DNA from: Deferribacterales bacterium
GTDB taxonomy: Bacteria; Chrysiogenota; Deferribacteres; Deferribacterales; Geovibrionaceae
Assembly (NCBI GenBank): GCA_050251875.1
Contig: JBFWMA010000001.1
Coordinates: 433,587 to 497,586 of the forward strand
DNA length: 64,000 bases
Direction of reading: 5' to 3'
In this document: positions 1 to 9,393 of the stretch, piece after piece
How positions within the stretch are numbered: position 1 is the stretch's first letter
Layout: each line of letters starts with the position of its first letter
Notes under the pieces: model-generated
What the model was told of the DNA's origin: nothing
Databases searched by the model: none
What the model saw: the letters and a program-made list of their open reading frames with translations, nothing else
Program-made: the position numbers and the translations under genes

Positions 1-570
1 CTCCCCGCCAGCAGAGTATTCGGTCAGGCCGGTGTTCTTGACTCATCCAGATTCGCATCTTTCATCGCCTGGGAACTCGGCGTGTCTGTAAAAGACGTTA
101 ACGCTATGGTTCTTGGCGGTCACGGCGATACAATGGTTCCCCTGGTTCGCTATGCTAACGTAAACGGCGTACCGGTTATGGAACAGCTGATCAAAAAATA
201 CGGCAGCGAAGCTAAAGCTAACGAAGTTATGAAAGCTATGGTTGAGCGTACAAAAGCAGCCGGCGGCGAAGTTGTTGCTCTGCTTAAAAACGGTTCTGCT
301 TTCTACTCACCCGCTTCTTCAGCTATCCAGATGGCAGAAGCTGTTATGCGCGACCAGAAAAGAGTACTCGCAGTTTGCGCTCAGCTTAACGGCGAATACG
401 GCGTAAAAGGCTACTATGTTGGCGTTCCTTGTGTTCTTGGTAAAGACGGCGTAGAGAAAATCATCTCTGTTGACCTGAACGCTGAAGAGCAAGGCATGTT
501 CGATGTATCAGTTAACGCTGTTAAAGGTCTTGTAGAAGACCTTAAAAGACTTGGCTTCCTGAAAGCATAA
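1..570 (+). CDS. mdh: Malate dehydrogenase (LDH-like), 5'-truncated by window edge
   Basis: Frame is open from base 1 ([18 protein letters not shown]...); motifs [11 protein letters not shown] and GSAFYSPA; adjacent to sucCD. Confidence 0.93.
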   Translation, partial: LPASRVFGQAGVLDSSRFASFIAWELGVSVKDVNAMVLGGHGDTMVPLVRYANVNGVPVMEQLIKKYGSEAKANEVMKAMVERTKAAGGEVVALLKNGSAFYSPASSAIQMAEAVMRDQKRVLAVCAQLNGEYGVKGYYVGVPCVLGKDGVEKIISVDLNAEEQGMFDVSVNAVKGLVEDLKRLGFLKA

Positions 571-697
571 GTTAACTTAGGTTATCAACGGTTAAATGAA
601 TAAATCATGGCTCATTCTTCAGAAAAAAAGACTTGCAAAAACGGTTTTATGAACGTAAAAACGGTAATTGCAGTCCGAAATAAAAGGAGGATGAGCC

Positions 698-1903
698 ATG
701 TATTTGCATGAGTTTCAGGCGAAGGGTCTGTTAAGATCATACGGTGTCCCGGTTCCGGACGGCGGTGTCGCTTCTACCGCAAGTGACGCGCTGAGAGTGG
801 CAAAATCGCTGAAAGGCGAGAAGTGGGTTATAAAAGCCCAGGTGCACGCAGGCGGAAGAGGCAAGGCGGGCGGTGTGAAGGTCGTAAGCGCTTTCAGCGA
901 GGTTTACGATGTAGCCACACAGATGCTCGGTATGAAGATTGTTACAAAACAGACCGGAGACGAAGGCAAGATTGTCCGCAGGATACTGGTAGAGAAAGCG
1001 ACAGATATCAAAAAAGAGATATACCTCAGCTTTCTTGTGGACAGAGACTCAGAACAGCATATGATAATCGCCAGTTCTGAGGGCGGCGTGGAGATCGAGG
1101 AAGTTGCCAAGAACAACCCCACCGCTATTGTAAAAGAGCACATCAGCCCCGTTTTAGGACTCGGTCTTTTTATGGGACGCAAAATAGCTAAGAAGATGGG
1201 TCTCGACTCATCACAGCTTAACAAATTTGCGGATGTCGCATCAAGACTCTATCAGTGTTTTGTAGATCACGATGCCATGATGCTGGAGATCAATCCTCTG
1301 GTAGTCACTGGCGATAACGATATAGTCTGTCTGGACGCTAAAATGACAGTGGACGAAAACGCACTGTTCAGGCATCCGAAGATAGAAGAGATGAAAGACT
1401 ACGGCGAGCTCGAGCCTCAGGAGGTCAGAGCGTCTATATTTGATTTGTCGTATGTCAGCATGGAAGGCAACATTGGCTGTATGGTCAACGGTGCCGGACT
1501 TGCCATGGCTACAATGGATATTATAAAGTCTTTCGGCGGACAGCCCGCGAACTTTCTCGATGTGGGCGGCGGAGCCGATGTCAACAAGGTTAGAGAAGCA
1601 TTTAAGATCATCCTCACAGACCCTAAGGTGAAGGTGATCTTCGTTAATATATTCGGCGGAATTGTCCGCTGTGACCTCATAGCGCAGGGTGTTCTGAAGG
1701 CGGCGGAAGAGGTGCCCGGAGACAGGCACATAGTCGTCAGGCTGGACGGAACACATGTGAAAGAGGGCAGACAGATTCTGGACGAGGGCGCTCATAAGAA
1801 CGGACTCAGTATCGTAACAGGCGATACTATGGCAGACGCGGCAGAAAAGGCGGTTCAGCTGGCAAACGACAGCAAACCCGCTAAAAAGACCAAAGCGAGC
1901 TAG
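698..1903 (+). CDS. sucC: Succinyl-CoA synthetase beta subunit
   Basis: MYLHEFQAK, KAQVHAGGRGKAGGV, NGAGLAMATMD, NFLDVGGGA; SD GGAGG. Confidence 0.97.
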   Translation: MYLHEFQAKGLLRSYGVPVPDGGVASTASDALRVAKSLKGEKWVIKAQVHAGGRGKAGGVKVVSAFSEVYDVATQMLGMKIVTKQTGDEGKIVRRILVEKATDIKKEIYLSFLVDRDSEQHMIIASSEGGVEIEEVAKNNPTAIVKEHISPVLGLGLFMGRKIAKKMGLDSSQLNKFADVASRLYQCFVDHDAMMLEINPLVVTGDNDIVCLDAKMTVDENALFRHPKIEEMKDYGELEPQEVRASIFDLSYVSMEGNIGCMVNGAGLAMATMDIIKSFGGQPANFLDVGGGADVNKVREAFKIILTDPKVKVIFVNIFGGIVRCDLIAQGVLKAAEEVPGDRHIVVRLDGTHVKEGRQILDEGAHKNGLSIVTGDTMADAAEKAVQLANDSKPAKKTKAS

Positions 1904-1912
1904 GAGGACGAC

Positions 1913-2791
1913 ATGAGCATACTTGTAAACAACAGAACAAAAGTGGTGGTTCAGGGTCTCTCCGGTTCACAGGGCAGATTCCACGCCGCCAGAATGAAAG
2001 AATACGGTACCAATATTGTGGCTGGGGTTGTTCCAGGCAAAGGCGGTACAGAGATAGACGGCACTCCGGTGTTTGACACTATGATGGAGGCGGTTCGCAA
2101 AACAGGCGCAAACGCATCCATAGTATATGTCCCGCCGGCATTCGCCGCAGACGCCGTGATGGAAGCTGTGGACGCCAACCTAGACCTTTGCGTGTGCATC
2201 ACAGAGGGTATCCCCGTGAAAGACATGCTGAAAGTCAAGAGAATGATGAAAACAGGAACATCACGCACAATGCTCATCGGTCCCAACTGCCCGGGAGTAA
2301 TAACCCCCGGCGAGTGCAAGATGGGTATTATGCCGGGCGAGATACACACACCAGGCACAGTAGGTATCATTTCCAAATCAGGAACTCTTACCTATGAAGC
2401 TGTTAAGCAGGTGAGCTCTTACGGATTCGGTCAGTCGACCTGTATAGGCATCGGCGGCGACCCGATCATCGGGCTGAAATACATCGACCTGCTGGAGATG
2501 TTTGAATATGACGCCCAGACAGAAGCTGTGGTGCTGATCGGTGAGATCGGCGGACAGGCGGAAGTGAAGGCTGGAGAATGGATTAAGCAGAATTTTTCCA
2601 AACCCGTAGTCAGCTTTATCGCCGGACAGACAGCTCCTAAGGGTAAGAGAATGGGACACGCAGGCGCTATCATATCAGGCGGGGACGACACAGCCCTTGC
2701 CAAGATGGAAGCTCTGACAAAATGCGGTGTCCATGTGGTTCACTCTCCCGCTGACATAGGCAAAAAAGTTGCCGAGGTACTCGGCAGATAA
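1913..2791 (+). CDS. sucD: Succinyl-CoA synthetase alpha subunit
   Basis: [15 protein letters not shown], phospho-His motif RMGHAGA. Confidence 0.97.
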   Translation: MSILVNNRTKVVVQGLSGSQGRFHAARMKEYGTNIVAGVVPGKGGTEIDGTPVFDTMMEAVRKTGANASIVYVPPAFAADAVMEAVDANLDLCVCITEGIPVKDMLKVKRMMKTGTSRTMLIGPNCPGVITPGECKMGIMPGEIHTPGTVGIISKSGTLTYEAVKQVSSYGFGQSTCIGIGGDPIIGLKYIDLLEMFEYDAQTEAVVLIGEIGGQAEVKAGEWIKQNFSKPVVSFIAGQTAPKGKRMGHAGAIISGGDDTALAKMEALTKCGVHVVHSPADIGKKVAEVLGR

Positions 2792-2815
2792 CCGTTTAGG
2801 CGGTTAATGTGCTTT

Positions 2816-2897
2816 TGAGATTGCCGCGCCGATTACATCGGCTCGCAATGACATCGACTGGCGTCATTGCGAGGAGCACAGTGACGAAGCAATCTCA
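2816..2897. repeat. Nested palindromic REP-like element
   Basis: TGAGATTGC...GCAATCTCA outer inverted repeat; inner CTCGCAATGAC/GTCATTGCGAG and GCCGAT/ATCGGC hairpins. Confidence 0.7.
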
Positions 2898-2997
2898 CCG
2901 GACAGGTATAATGCTGTCCTGTATATAGTTCCGGGAATAAAAGTCGCTGTTTTTCAGCGGCTTAACTATAGAACGAAAATTCTATAAGGAGAGGTAA

Positions 2998-3192
2998 ATG
3001 GCTAAGGCAGAAAAAATCGAAATTTATGCAAACCTCTGCAAAGGATGCGAGATTTGTGTAGAACTTTGCCCTGTTGACGCTCTTGAAATGAAAGATTTCA
3101 AGGCTGCTGTGAAAGATCTCGACAAATGTATCGCCTGCATGCAGTGCGAGCTGAGATGTCCTGATTTCGCTATTGAAGTTTATAAGAAATAA
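2998..3192 (+). CDS. korD: 2-oxoglutarate:ferredoxin oxidoreductase delta subunit (2x[4Fe-4S] ferredoxin)
   Basis: Two CxxCxxCxxxCP motifs; first gene of the kor cluster. Confidence 0.88.
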   Translation: MAKAEKIEIYANLCKGCEICVELCPVDALEMKDFKAAVKDLDKCIACMQCELRCPDFAIEVYKK

Positions 3193-3208
3193 TATTAGGA
3201 GGAATTTT

Positions 3209-4342
3209 GTGGCTAAACAAGTAAAGTTCCTTTCTGGGAACGAAGCAGTATGTGAGGGTGCTCTTTACGCCGGTTGCAGATTTTACGCCGGCTACCCCAT
3301 CACTCCTTCCACAGAAGTCGCAGAAGTGCTTGCGGCTAAACTGCCTAAATTAGGCGGACGTTTCATCCAGATGGAAGACGAGCTGTCAGCTATGGCTGCT
3401 ACACTCGGTGGTTCTATCGCTGGAAAAAAATCTCTTACAGCAACATCCGGTCCCGGTATGTCTCTTAAAATGGAGAACCTCGGTTACGGTTACCTTACAG
3501 AGATCCCTTGCGTTATCGTTAACGTAATGAGAGGCGGTCCCTCTACAGGTCTTCCCACAGGTCCCGGACAGTCTGACGTTATGCAGGCTCGTTGGGGAAC
3601 TCACGGGGATCACCCCTGTATAGCTCTGACACCTTCAACTGTTCAAGAACAGCTCGAAGAAACAGTAAGAGCTTTCAACCTTGCTGAAAAATATCGCATG
3701 CCCGTTATTCTTCTTACAGATGAAATCATCGGTCACATGAGAGAGGCTGTTAATATGCCCGAAGCCGGAGATCTGCCCGTAGTTGACCGTAAACGTCCTA
3801 CATGCGATCCCAAAGATTACCTGCCTTACAAACCTGACGCTGACGGCGTGCCTCCCATGGCTGACTTCGGTTCAGGTTACAGATATCACATCACAGGTCT
3901 TAACCACCTTGCTGACGGTTTCCCCTCAAACGACGGTAAACTTGCTCAGGCTGACGAAATCCGCCAGCAGAAAAAAGTTGATGATAACTATGATGAAATC
4001 GTTAAAGTTGAAGAAATCAACTGTGATGACGCTGAAATCCTTATCTTCGCATTCGGATCTACAGCTCGTTCAGCTAAAGAAGCTGTTCAGATGGCTAGAA
4101 AAGAAGGCATCAAAGTCGGACTTTTCAGACCTCTGACAATCTGGCCCTTCCCCGACAAACACCTGAAAAAATACGCAGGTAAAGTAAAAAGAGTTATCGT
4201 TCCCGAGATGAACCTCGGACAAACAGCTCTTGAAGTTGAGAGAGTGCTTAAAGGACAGCCCGAAGTTGAAGGTATCTTCCAGATCGACTCCGAGCCGATT
4301 AACCCTATTACAATCCTCAACAAAATTAAGGGGGGCAAATAA
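3209..4342 (+). CDS. korA: 2-oxoacid (2-oxoglutarate):ferredoxin oxidoreductase alpha subunit
   Basis: GYPITPS, QMEDE, TSGPG, RGGPSTG; GTG start after AGGAGG. Confidence 0.92.
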   Translation: MAKQVKFLSGNEAVCEGALYAGCRFYAGYPITPSTEVAEVLAAKLPKLGGRFIQMEDELSAMAATLGGSIAGKKSLTATSGPGMSLKMENLGYGYLTEIPCVIVNVMRGGPSTGLPTGPGQSDVMQARWGTHGDHPCIALTPSTVQEQLEETVRAFNLAEKYRMPVILLTDEIIGHMREAVNMPEAGDLPVVDRKRPTCDPKDYLPYKPDADGVPPMADFGSGYRYHITGLNHLADGFPSNDGKLAQADEIRQQKKVDDNYDEIVKVEEINCDDAEILIFAFGSTARSAKEAVQMARKEGIKVGLFRPLTIWPFPDKHLKKYAGKVKRVIVPEMNLGQTALEVERVLKGQPEVEGIFQIDSEPINPITILNKIKGGK

Positions 4343-5148
4343 TGGCTTACGATTACAGTAAATTCCTCAGAGCAGGAAAAATTCCTCACATTTGGTGCCC
4401 CGGCTGCGGTTATGGTATCATTATGAAATCTATGATCCGCGCCATTGATGCACTCGGCTGGGAAAAAGACGACATAGCTATTTCTTCCGGTATCGGTTGC
4501 GCTTCTCGTCTTCCCGGTTATGTTGACTTCAACACACTTCACACCACACACGGACGTTCACTTGCGTTCGCTACAGGTGTTAAAGTTGCTAACCCTAAAC
4601 TGAAAGTTATCGCTATGGGCGGTGACGGTGACATGACAGCTATCGGTGGTAACCACTTCATCCACGCCTGCCGTCGTAACATCGACATCACATGCTTCGT
4701 ATTCAATAACTACATCTATGGTATGACAGGCGGTCAGTACTCACCTACTACACCTAAAGGCGCTCGTGCAACAACAGCTCCCTATGGTAACGCAGACAAC
4801 CAGTTCGACATCGCTCAGCTGGCTATCGGCGCAGGTGCTACTTTCGTTGCCCGTACAACAACATACCACGCTGTACCTATGGAAAAACTTATGAAACAGG
4901 CTTTCGAGCACAAAGGATTCTCAGTTGTTGAGATCATCGCCGGATGCCCCACAGGTTACGGACGTAAAAACAAACTCGCAAGCCCCGCAGGCATGATCGA
5001 GTGGCAAAAAGATCATTCAGTTGCTATCGCTCAGTGGGAAAAAATGACTGCTGAAGAGAAAGCTGATAAATTCCCCATTGGTGTTCTTCACGAAACATCA
5101 AGACCCGAATACGTAGAAGCATACGACGCTAACGTCGGGCTTAGCTAA
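4342..5148 (+). CDS. korB: 2-oxoacid:ferredoxin oxidoreductase beta subunit
   Basis: WCPGCG, TPP motif GGDGD...NN, YGMTGGQ. Confidence 0.92.
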   Translation: MAYDYSKFLRAGKIPHIWCPGCGYGIIMKSMIRAIDALGWEKDDIAISSGIGCASRLPGYVDFNTLHTTHGRSLAFATGVKVANPKLKVIAMGGDGDMTAIGGNHFIHACRRNIDITCFVFNNYIYGMTGGQYSPTTPKGARATTAPYGNADNQFDIAQLAIGAGATFVARTTTYHAVPMEKLMKQAFEHKGFSVVEIIAGCPTGYGRKNKLASPAGMIEWQKDHSVAIAQWEKMTAEEKADKFPIGVLHETSRPEYVEAYDANVGLS

Positions 5149-5159
5149 GAGGTGATATA

Positions 5160-5702
5160 ATGGCTAGACATCTGATCAGACTTAGCGGTTCCGGCGGACA
5201 GGGTATGATTACTGCTGGTATCATCCTTGCAGCCGGTGCATCCGTTATTGAAGGAAAAAAAGCTATCCAGTCTCAGTCCTACGGACCCGAGGCCAGAGGT
5301 GGCGCTTCTAAAGCTGAAGTTATTATCAGCGACGAAGAGATCTACTACCCTAAAGTAATGGCTCCCGAGATTCTCGTTGCCCTTACACAGGAAGCAGCTG
5401 ATAAATATTCCAAAGACCTTGTAAAAGGCGGAATCCTTATCCTTGATGACCTCATGGTTAAGACTCCCCCCAAAGGCGACTGGAAAATCTACAGCATGCC
5501 TATCATCAGAACTGCCGCTGAAAAAGTTGGTAAGGCTATGGTTGCTAACGTGGTTACGCTTGGCGCCCTTAACGAGATCTGTGGTCTTGTTAAACCTGAA
5601 ACACTTGAAGCTGCTGTTCTTTCAAGAGTTCCCAAAGGTACTGAAGAACTCAACAAGAACGCTATCGCTGCCGGTGTTGAACTGGCTAAAGCAGTGAAAT
5701 AA
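5160..5702 (+). CDS. korC: 2-oxoacid:ferredoxin oxidoreductase gamma subunit
   Basis: GSGGQG, YGPEARGG. Confidence 0.9.
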   Translation: MARHLIRLSGSGGQGMITAGIILAAGASVIEGKKAIQSQSYGPEARGGASKAEVIISDEEIYYPKVMAPEILVALTQEAADKYSKDLVKGGILILDDLMVKTPPKGDWKIYSMPIIRTAAEKVGKAMVANVVTLGALNEICGLVKPETLEAAVLSRVPKGTEELNKNAIAAGVELAKAVK

Positions 5703-5728
5703 CTGACCTTTTAACCTAAAAAGGTTGT

Positions 5729-5759
5729 AAAGCCCCGCCCACAAAGCGGGGCTTTTTTT
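5729..5759 (+). terminator. Intrinsic terminator of the kor operon
   Basis: AAAGCCCCGC/GCGGGGCTTT stem plus T-tract. Confidence 0.85.
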
Positions 5760-5906
5760 GTTAAAACTTAAAGGATTGTTACAATTTTTTAATACTTTGA
5801 TGTAATAAAAAATACAGTAATCGACATTGAAAATAGTAATATGTATGTAATAATTTAGAATAAATACAATGAACGTATATCTGGTTTAGTGTACTTGGAG
5901 GGCTGT

Positions 5907-7904
5907 ATGAAATTGTCTTTTAAAACCAGGCTTCTTATCCCCGTTATTATAGCCATAGTCGTGGCATTCATCTTCGCCGATATACTGATATATGCCAGTA
6001 TGAAAGGCGATATCAAACAGGTTGCTGTAGATAACGCGGGCAACCTTTCATACAGATACGGAAACGAACTCAAGGCGGAGATGGATTCCGCCATGTCGAT
6101 AGCGGAGACCATATCCCGTTCCGCTGCTGTTTTAACCAAGCACAGCTCTGAGGTCCCCAGAAAAGATGTTATGGATATGCTTCAGAACATTCTGGAACTC
6201 AATCCGGAACTCTTTGACGTATGGATAGTCTGGGAACCGAATATGTATGACGGAAAAGATTCCGAGCTGGCTGATTCCGGAGCGGACGGAACCAACGAAC
6301 AGGGGCAGTTCTGCCCTATGCCTTACCGTGACAAGGGCGGAATAGCAAGATCATTCACCACAGGGATGAATGACGGCGGGGACGGGAGCGCATGGTATCA
6401 GACTCCTCTGAGAGACGGAAAACCATACATAGCTGAGCCTGCCACATATTCATTCGACGGCAAAGATATAGTGACTGTTACCGTGTCTTATCCTTTCACT
6501 GTTGACGGAAAGATTGTCGGGGTTGCCGGTGTTGACGTGCTTCTGGACGACATAAAGACGATGATATCTGACATCACCCTTTATGAGACAGGTTTCGCCT
6601 TTCTTCTTTCCGGTCGCGGAAGCTATATCACTCATAAAGACGCTGAGCTGAACGGCAAAAAGACTGAAGACGAAAAGGTTACGAAGGTTATAGAAGACAA
6701 CAAAACAGATGTTGTTATGGATTCCGGCAGCATCACCATATACACCCCCTTAAAGATCAGCAAAACTGACTATACATATGTGTTCGGCGTGAAAGTTCCG
6801 CAGAGCGAGGTATTCAGTGTTCTTCAGAGTCTGAAATACACCGTGCTCGTGATAGCCGTTGCGGCGACAGCGGTGGTAATAGTTATCCTGCTGATAGTTG
6901 TAAACCAGCTCATAAGAAAGCTGGGCGGAGAGCCGGATGAAGTAATAAGCGTGATGCAGAAGGTTGCGGCGGGGGATTTCACCGCTGAGCTCCGTCTGAA
7001 AAACAACGATAATTTCAGCATGGTTTACTCCATAAAAAGCATGATAAATAACCTGAGCAACATGATAAAAGAGCTGAGATCCACAGCCGACAGGCTTAGA
7101 GACGCCAGCAGTGATCTTTCATCCGGAGCCATAGAGCTTTCAGAGAGCATGAGCAGTCAGTCGGAGAGCACAGGCATCATAGCCACAGCCGCCACGGAGA
7201 TGACACGCACAACATCAGACATCGCCGAAAACCTGACAGAGATATCCGGCTTTGCCCAGATGACATGGGAAAAGGTAAACACAGGCAAGAAAGCGGTGGA
7301 GGATTCGCTGGACGGAGTTGTGCGCATCAAAACAACAGTGGACGGCTCCGCTGAGCTGGTGAACGGGCTTGGCGAGAAGTCGGATGAGATACATAACATA
7401 GTAAACGTAATCAGCGATATCGCTGACCAGACCAACCTGCTGGCGCTGAATGCCGCTATAGAAGCGGCGAGAGCCGGAGAGCACGGGCGAGGATTCGCCG
7501 TGGTCGCAGACGAGGTGCGTAAACTGGCGGAGAGAACACAGTCCGCCACCACAGAAATTTCGTCTCTGGTGTCCGGCACCAGAACAGAAGTGCAGAAAGT
7601 GACGCAATCCATGAGCGGGGTGACACAGCAGGTGCATGACGGCGTGGAATCATCGAAACAGATATCAAAAATACTGGAAGAACTGGAGAGCGAGGTCTCT
7701 AAACTTCAGGAGATGGTGCACAGCATATCTTCCGCCACACAGGAGATGGCTTCCACCAGCAACCAGATTTTTGAGGATATAAAGAATGTCGCTATCATTT
7801 CATCTGAAGTTAAAAAAACATCAGACAGCATAGCGGAGAACTCTTCCGGGCTGGCGGGAATATCCGACACGCTGAAGAGCGATATGCAGAAATTCAAAGT
7901 ATAA
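5907..7904 (+). CDS. Methyl-accepting chemotaxis protein (Cache-type periplasmic sensor)
   Basis: Two TM segments; signalling motif [38 protein letters not shown] after GGAGG. Confidence 0.95.
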   Translation: MKLSFKTRLLIPVIIAIVVAFIFADILIYASMKGDIKQVAVDNAGNLSYRYGNELKAEMDSAMSIAETISRSAAVLTKHSSEVPRKDVMDMLQNILELNPELFDVWIVWEPNMYDGKDSELADSGADGTNEQGQFCPMPYRDKGGIARSFTTGMNDGGDGSAWYQTPLRDGKPYIAEPATYSFDGKDIVTVTVSYPFTVDGKIVGVAGVDVLLDDIKTMISDITLYETGFAFLLSGRGSYITHKDAELNGKKTEDEKVTKVIEDNKTDVVMDSGSITIYTPLKISKTDYTYVFGVKVPQSEVFSVLQSLKYTVLVIAVAATAVVIVILLIVVNQLIRKLGGEPDEVISVMQKVAAGDFTAELRLKNNDNFSMVYSIKSMINNLSNMIKELRSTADRLRDASSDLSSGAIELSESMSSQSESTGIIATAATEMTRTTSDIAENLTEISGFAQMTWEKVNTGKKAVEDSLDGVVRIKTTVDGSAELVNGLGEKSDEIHNIVNVISDIADQTNLLALNAAIEAARAGEHGRGFAVVADEVRKLAERTQSATTEISSLVSGTRTEVQKVTQSMSGVTQQVHDGVESSKQISKILEELESEVSKLQEMVHSISSATQEMASTSNQIFEDIKNVAIISSEVKKTSDSIAENSSGLAGISDTLKSDMQKFKV

Positions 7905-7944
7905 GGTATTCTCACATTTAAATGACATGGATTAGTATTAGCTA

Positions 7945-7973
7945 TTGACTTCTGAGCATATGCTTAATATATT
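7945..7973 (+). promoter_or_regulatory. Sigma-70 promoter with palindromic spacer
   Basis: TTGACT-17 nt-TATATT; AGCATATGCT palindrome at 7955-7964. Confidence 0.6.
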
Positions 7974-7994
7974 CATGTTTATGTGAGGTGAATC

Positions 7995-8369
7995 ATGAAG
8001 ATTTGTTTTCCAGTAGAGATCAATAACGGTCTCAATAGCGAAATATACGGTCATTTCGGCTCTGCTCCCGGATTTGTCACATATGACACAGAGACAAAAG
8101 AGAGCGGATACATCGACAACAAGAACGCTGTGCACGAACACGGCGCATGCAACCCCGCCGCCGCTCTGGCAGGATCGGGTGTTAACGCTGTTGTGGTCGG
8201 CGGAATAGGTCAGGGCGCTATGATGCGTCTGATGTCCGAAGGCGTGGCGGTGTATCAGGCGAAATCAGGCAGAGTAAAAGAAGACATAGACGGTTTTTCC
8301 GGTCTTATTAAGCTCAGCCGTGATATGCAGACATGCGGCGGCGGCGCCCACGTTTGCGGCGGTCATTAA
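7995..8369 (+). CDS. NifB/NifX-family (FeMo-co biosynthesis-like) protein
   Basis: HFGSAPGF, GGIGQGA, Cys/His tail CGGGAHVCGGH. Confidence 0.85.
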   Translation: MKICFPVEINNGLNSEIYGHFGSAPGFVTYDTETKESGYIDNKNAVHEHGACNPAAALAGSGVNAVVVGGIGQGAMMRLMSEGVAVYQAKSGRVKEDIDGFSGLIKLSRDMQTCGGGAHVCGGH

Positions 8370-8535
8370 TATACTTGTCCGCTGTTCCCTGTTAAGGGGG
8401 ACGGCTTTTGCTACTTGCGACAACATTTTAATTATCCGGCGTCCGCCGTTTTCACTCCTTAGAACGGCGGATAACGCTTTATATCATTGACAAATTACCT
8501 CCCCTGTATGATTTTATCAGCAGGGGAGGATTCTT

Positions 8536-8895
8536 ATGAAACTATGCTTTCCTGTGGAAAACTTTCAGGGTCTGAACAGCAAAATCAGCGAACATTTCGG
8601 TTCCGCTCCTTTTTTCATAACTTTTGACACCGATTCCAAAGAGGCTGGGCTGCTCTATGCGCAGGATCTGGCAGGGGACGACTCGTGCAATCCGGCGGCG
8701 GAGCTGGCAAAGCTGGGGATAGATATCGTCATCACATCAGGCATAGGTCCAGGCGCTCTTAACAGGCTTCTGGATGCCGGGCTTTATGTTTTCCAGGCGC
8801 TCTCCGGAGTGGTTTCGGAAGATCTGGAGCGCTACCAGAACAACGCTCTGCCCGCTCTGGGATACGGCTCCGGCAAGTGTGACTGCGGTAGTTAA
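8536..8895 (+). CDS. NifB/NifX-family protein, tandem paralog
   Basis: MKLCFPVE, HFGSAPFF, CNPAAEL, SGIGPGA. Confidence 0.85.
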   Translation: MKLCFPVENFQGLNSKISEHFGSAPFFITFDTDSKEAGLLYAQDLAGDDSCNPAAELAKLGIDIVITSGIGPGALNRLLDAGLYVFQALSGVVSEDLERYQNNALPALGYGSGKCDCGS

Positions 8896-8997
8896 CAAAT
8901 TAAATACACCTGTTTCGTCTTATTACTGTTGAATATGGTTATGAAAAGACTATATTGTTAATCAACAGTAACCATAAAAATGAAACAGGGGGCGAAT

Positions 8998-9354
8998 ATG
9001 TCTGCCGCTAACAGTAACAAGTCCCTCCTGGCGGTTATCTGGAGCTCTTCTGACAAGGAGGTCGCCAGAAACAACGTGTTCACTTACACGCTCAATGCCA
9101 GATGCCGTGACTGGTGGTCTGATGTCCATCTGGTCATATGGGGTCCGTCAGTAAAACTGGCAGCCCACGATTCTGAGATTCAGAACCAGCTCAGAGATAT
9201 TCTGAAAGCCGGGGTGAGCATATGCGCCTGCGATAAGCACGCCGCCGAGCATAAGGTTGCTGATAATCTGAGAAATCTCGGGATCACTGTGCACGGTGTT
9301 GACGAGCCTGTGAGAGAGATGCTCAGAAACGGAGCGAAAGTAATCACTTTTTAG
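8998..9354 (+). CDS. DsrE-family protein
   Basis: WWSDVHLVIWGPSVKL and AGVSICAC resemble small DsrE-like proteins. Confidence 0.65.
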   Translation: MSAANSNKSLLAVIWSSSDKEVARNNVFTYTLNARCRDWWSDVHLVIWGPSVKLAAHDSEIQNQLRDILKAGVSICACDKHAAEHKVADNLRNLGITVHGVDEPVREMLRNGAKVITF

Positions 9355-9393
9355 ACTTTGACGTTATCTGAGATATTAAATATAATCTCTGAT

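Noticed and set aside
8487..8512. Sigma-70 promoter before the second NifX-like gene
   Set aside because: TTGACA to TATGAT spacing is only 14 nt.
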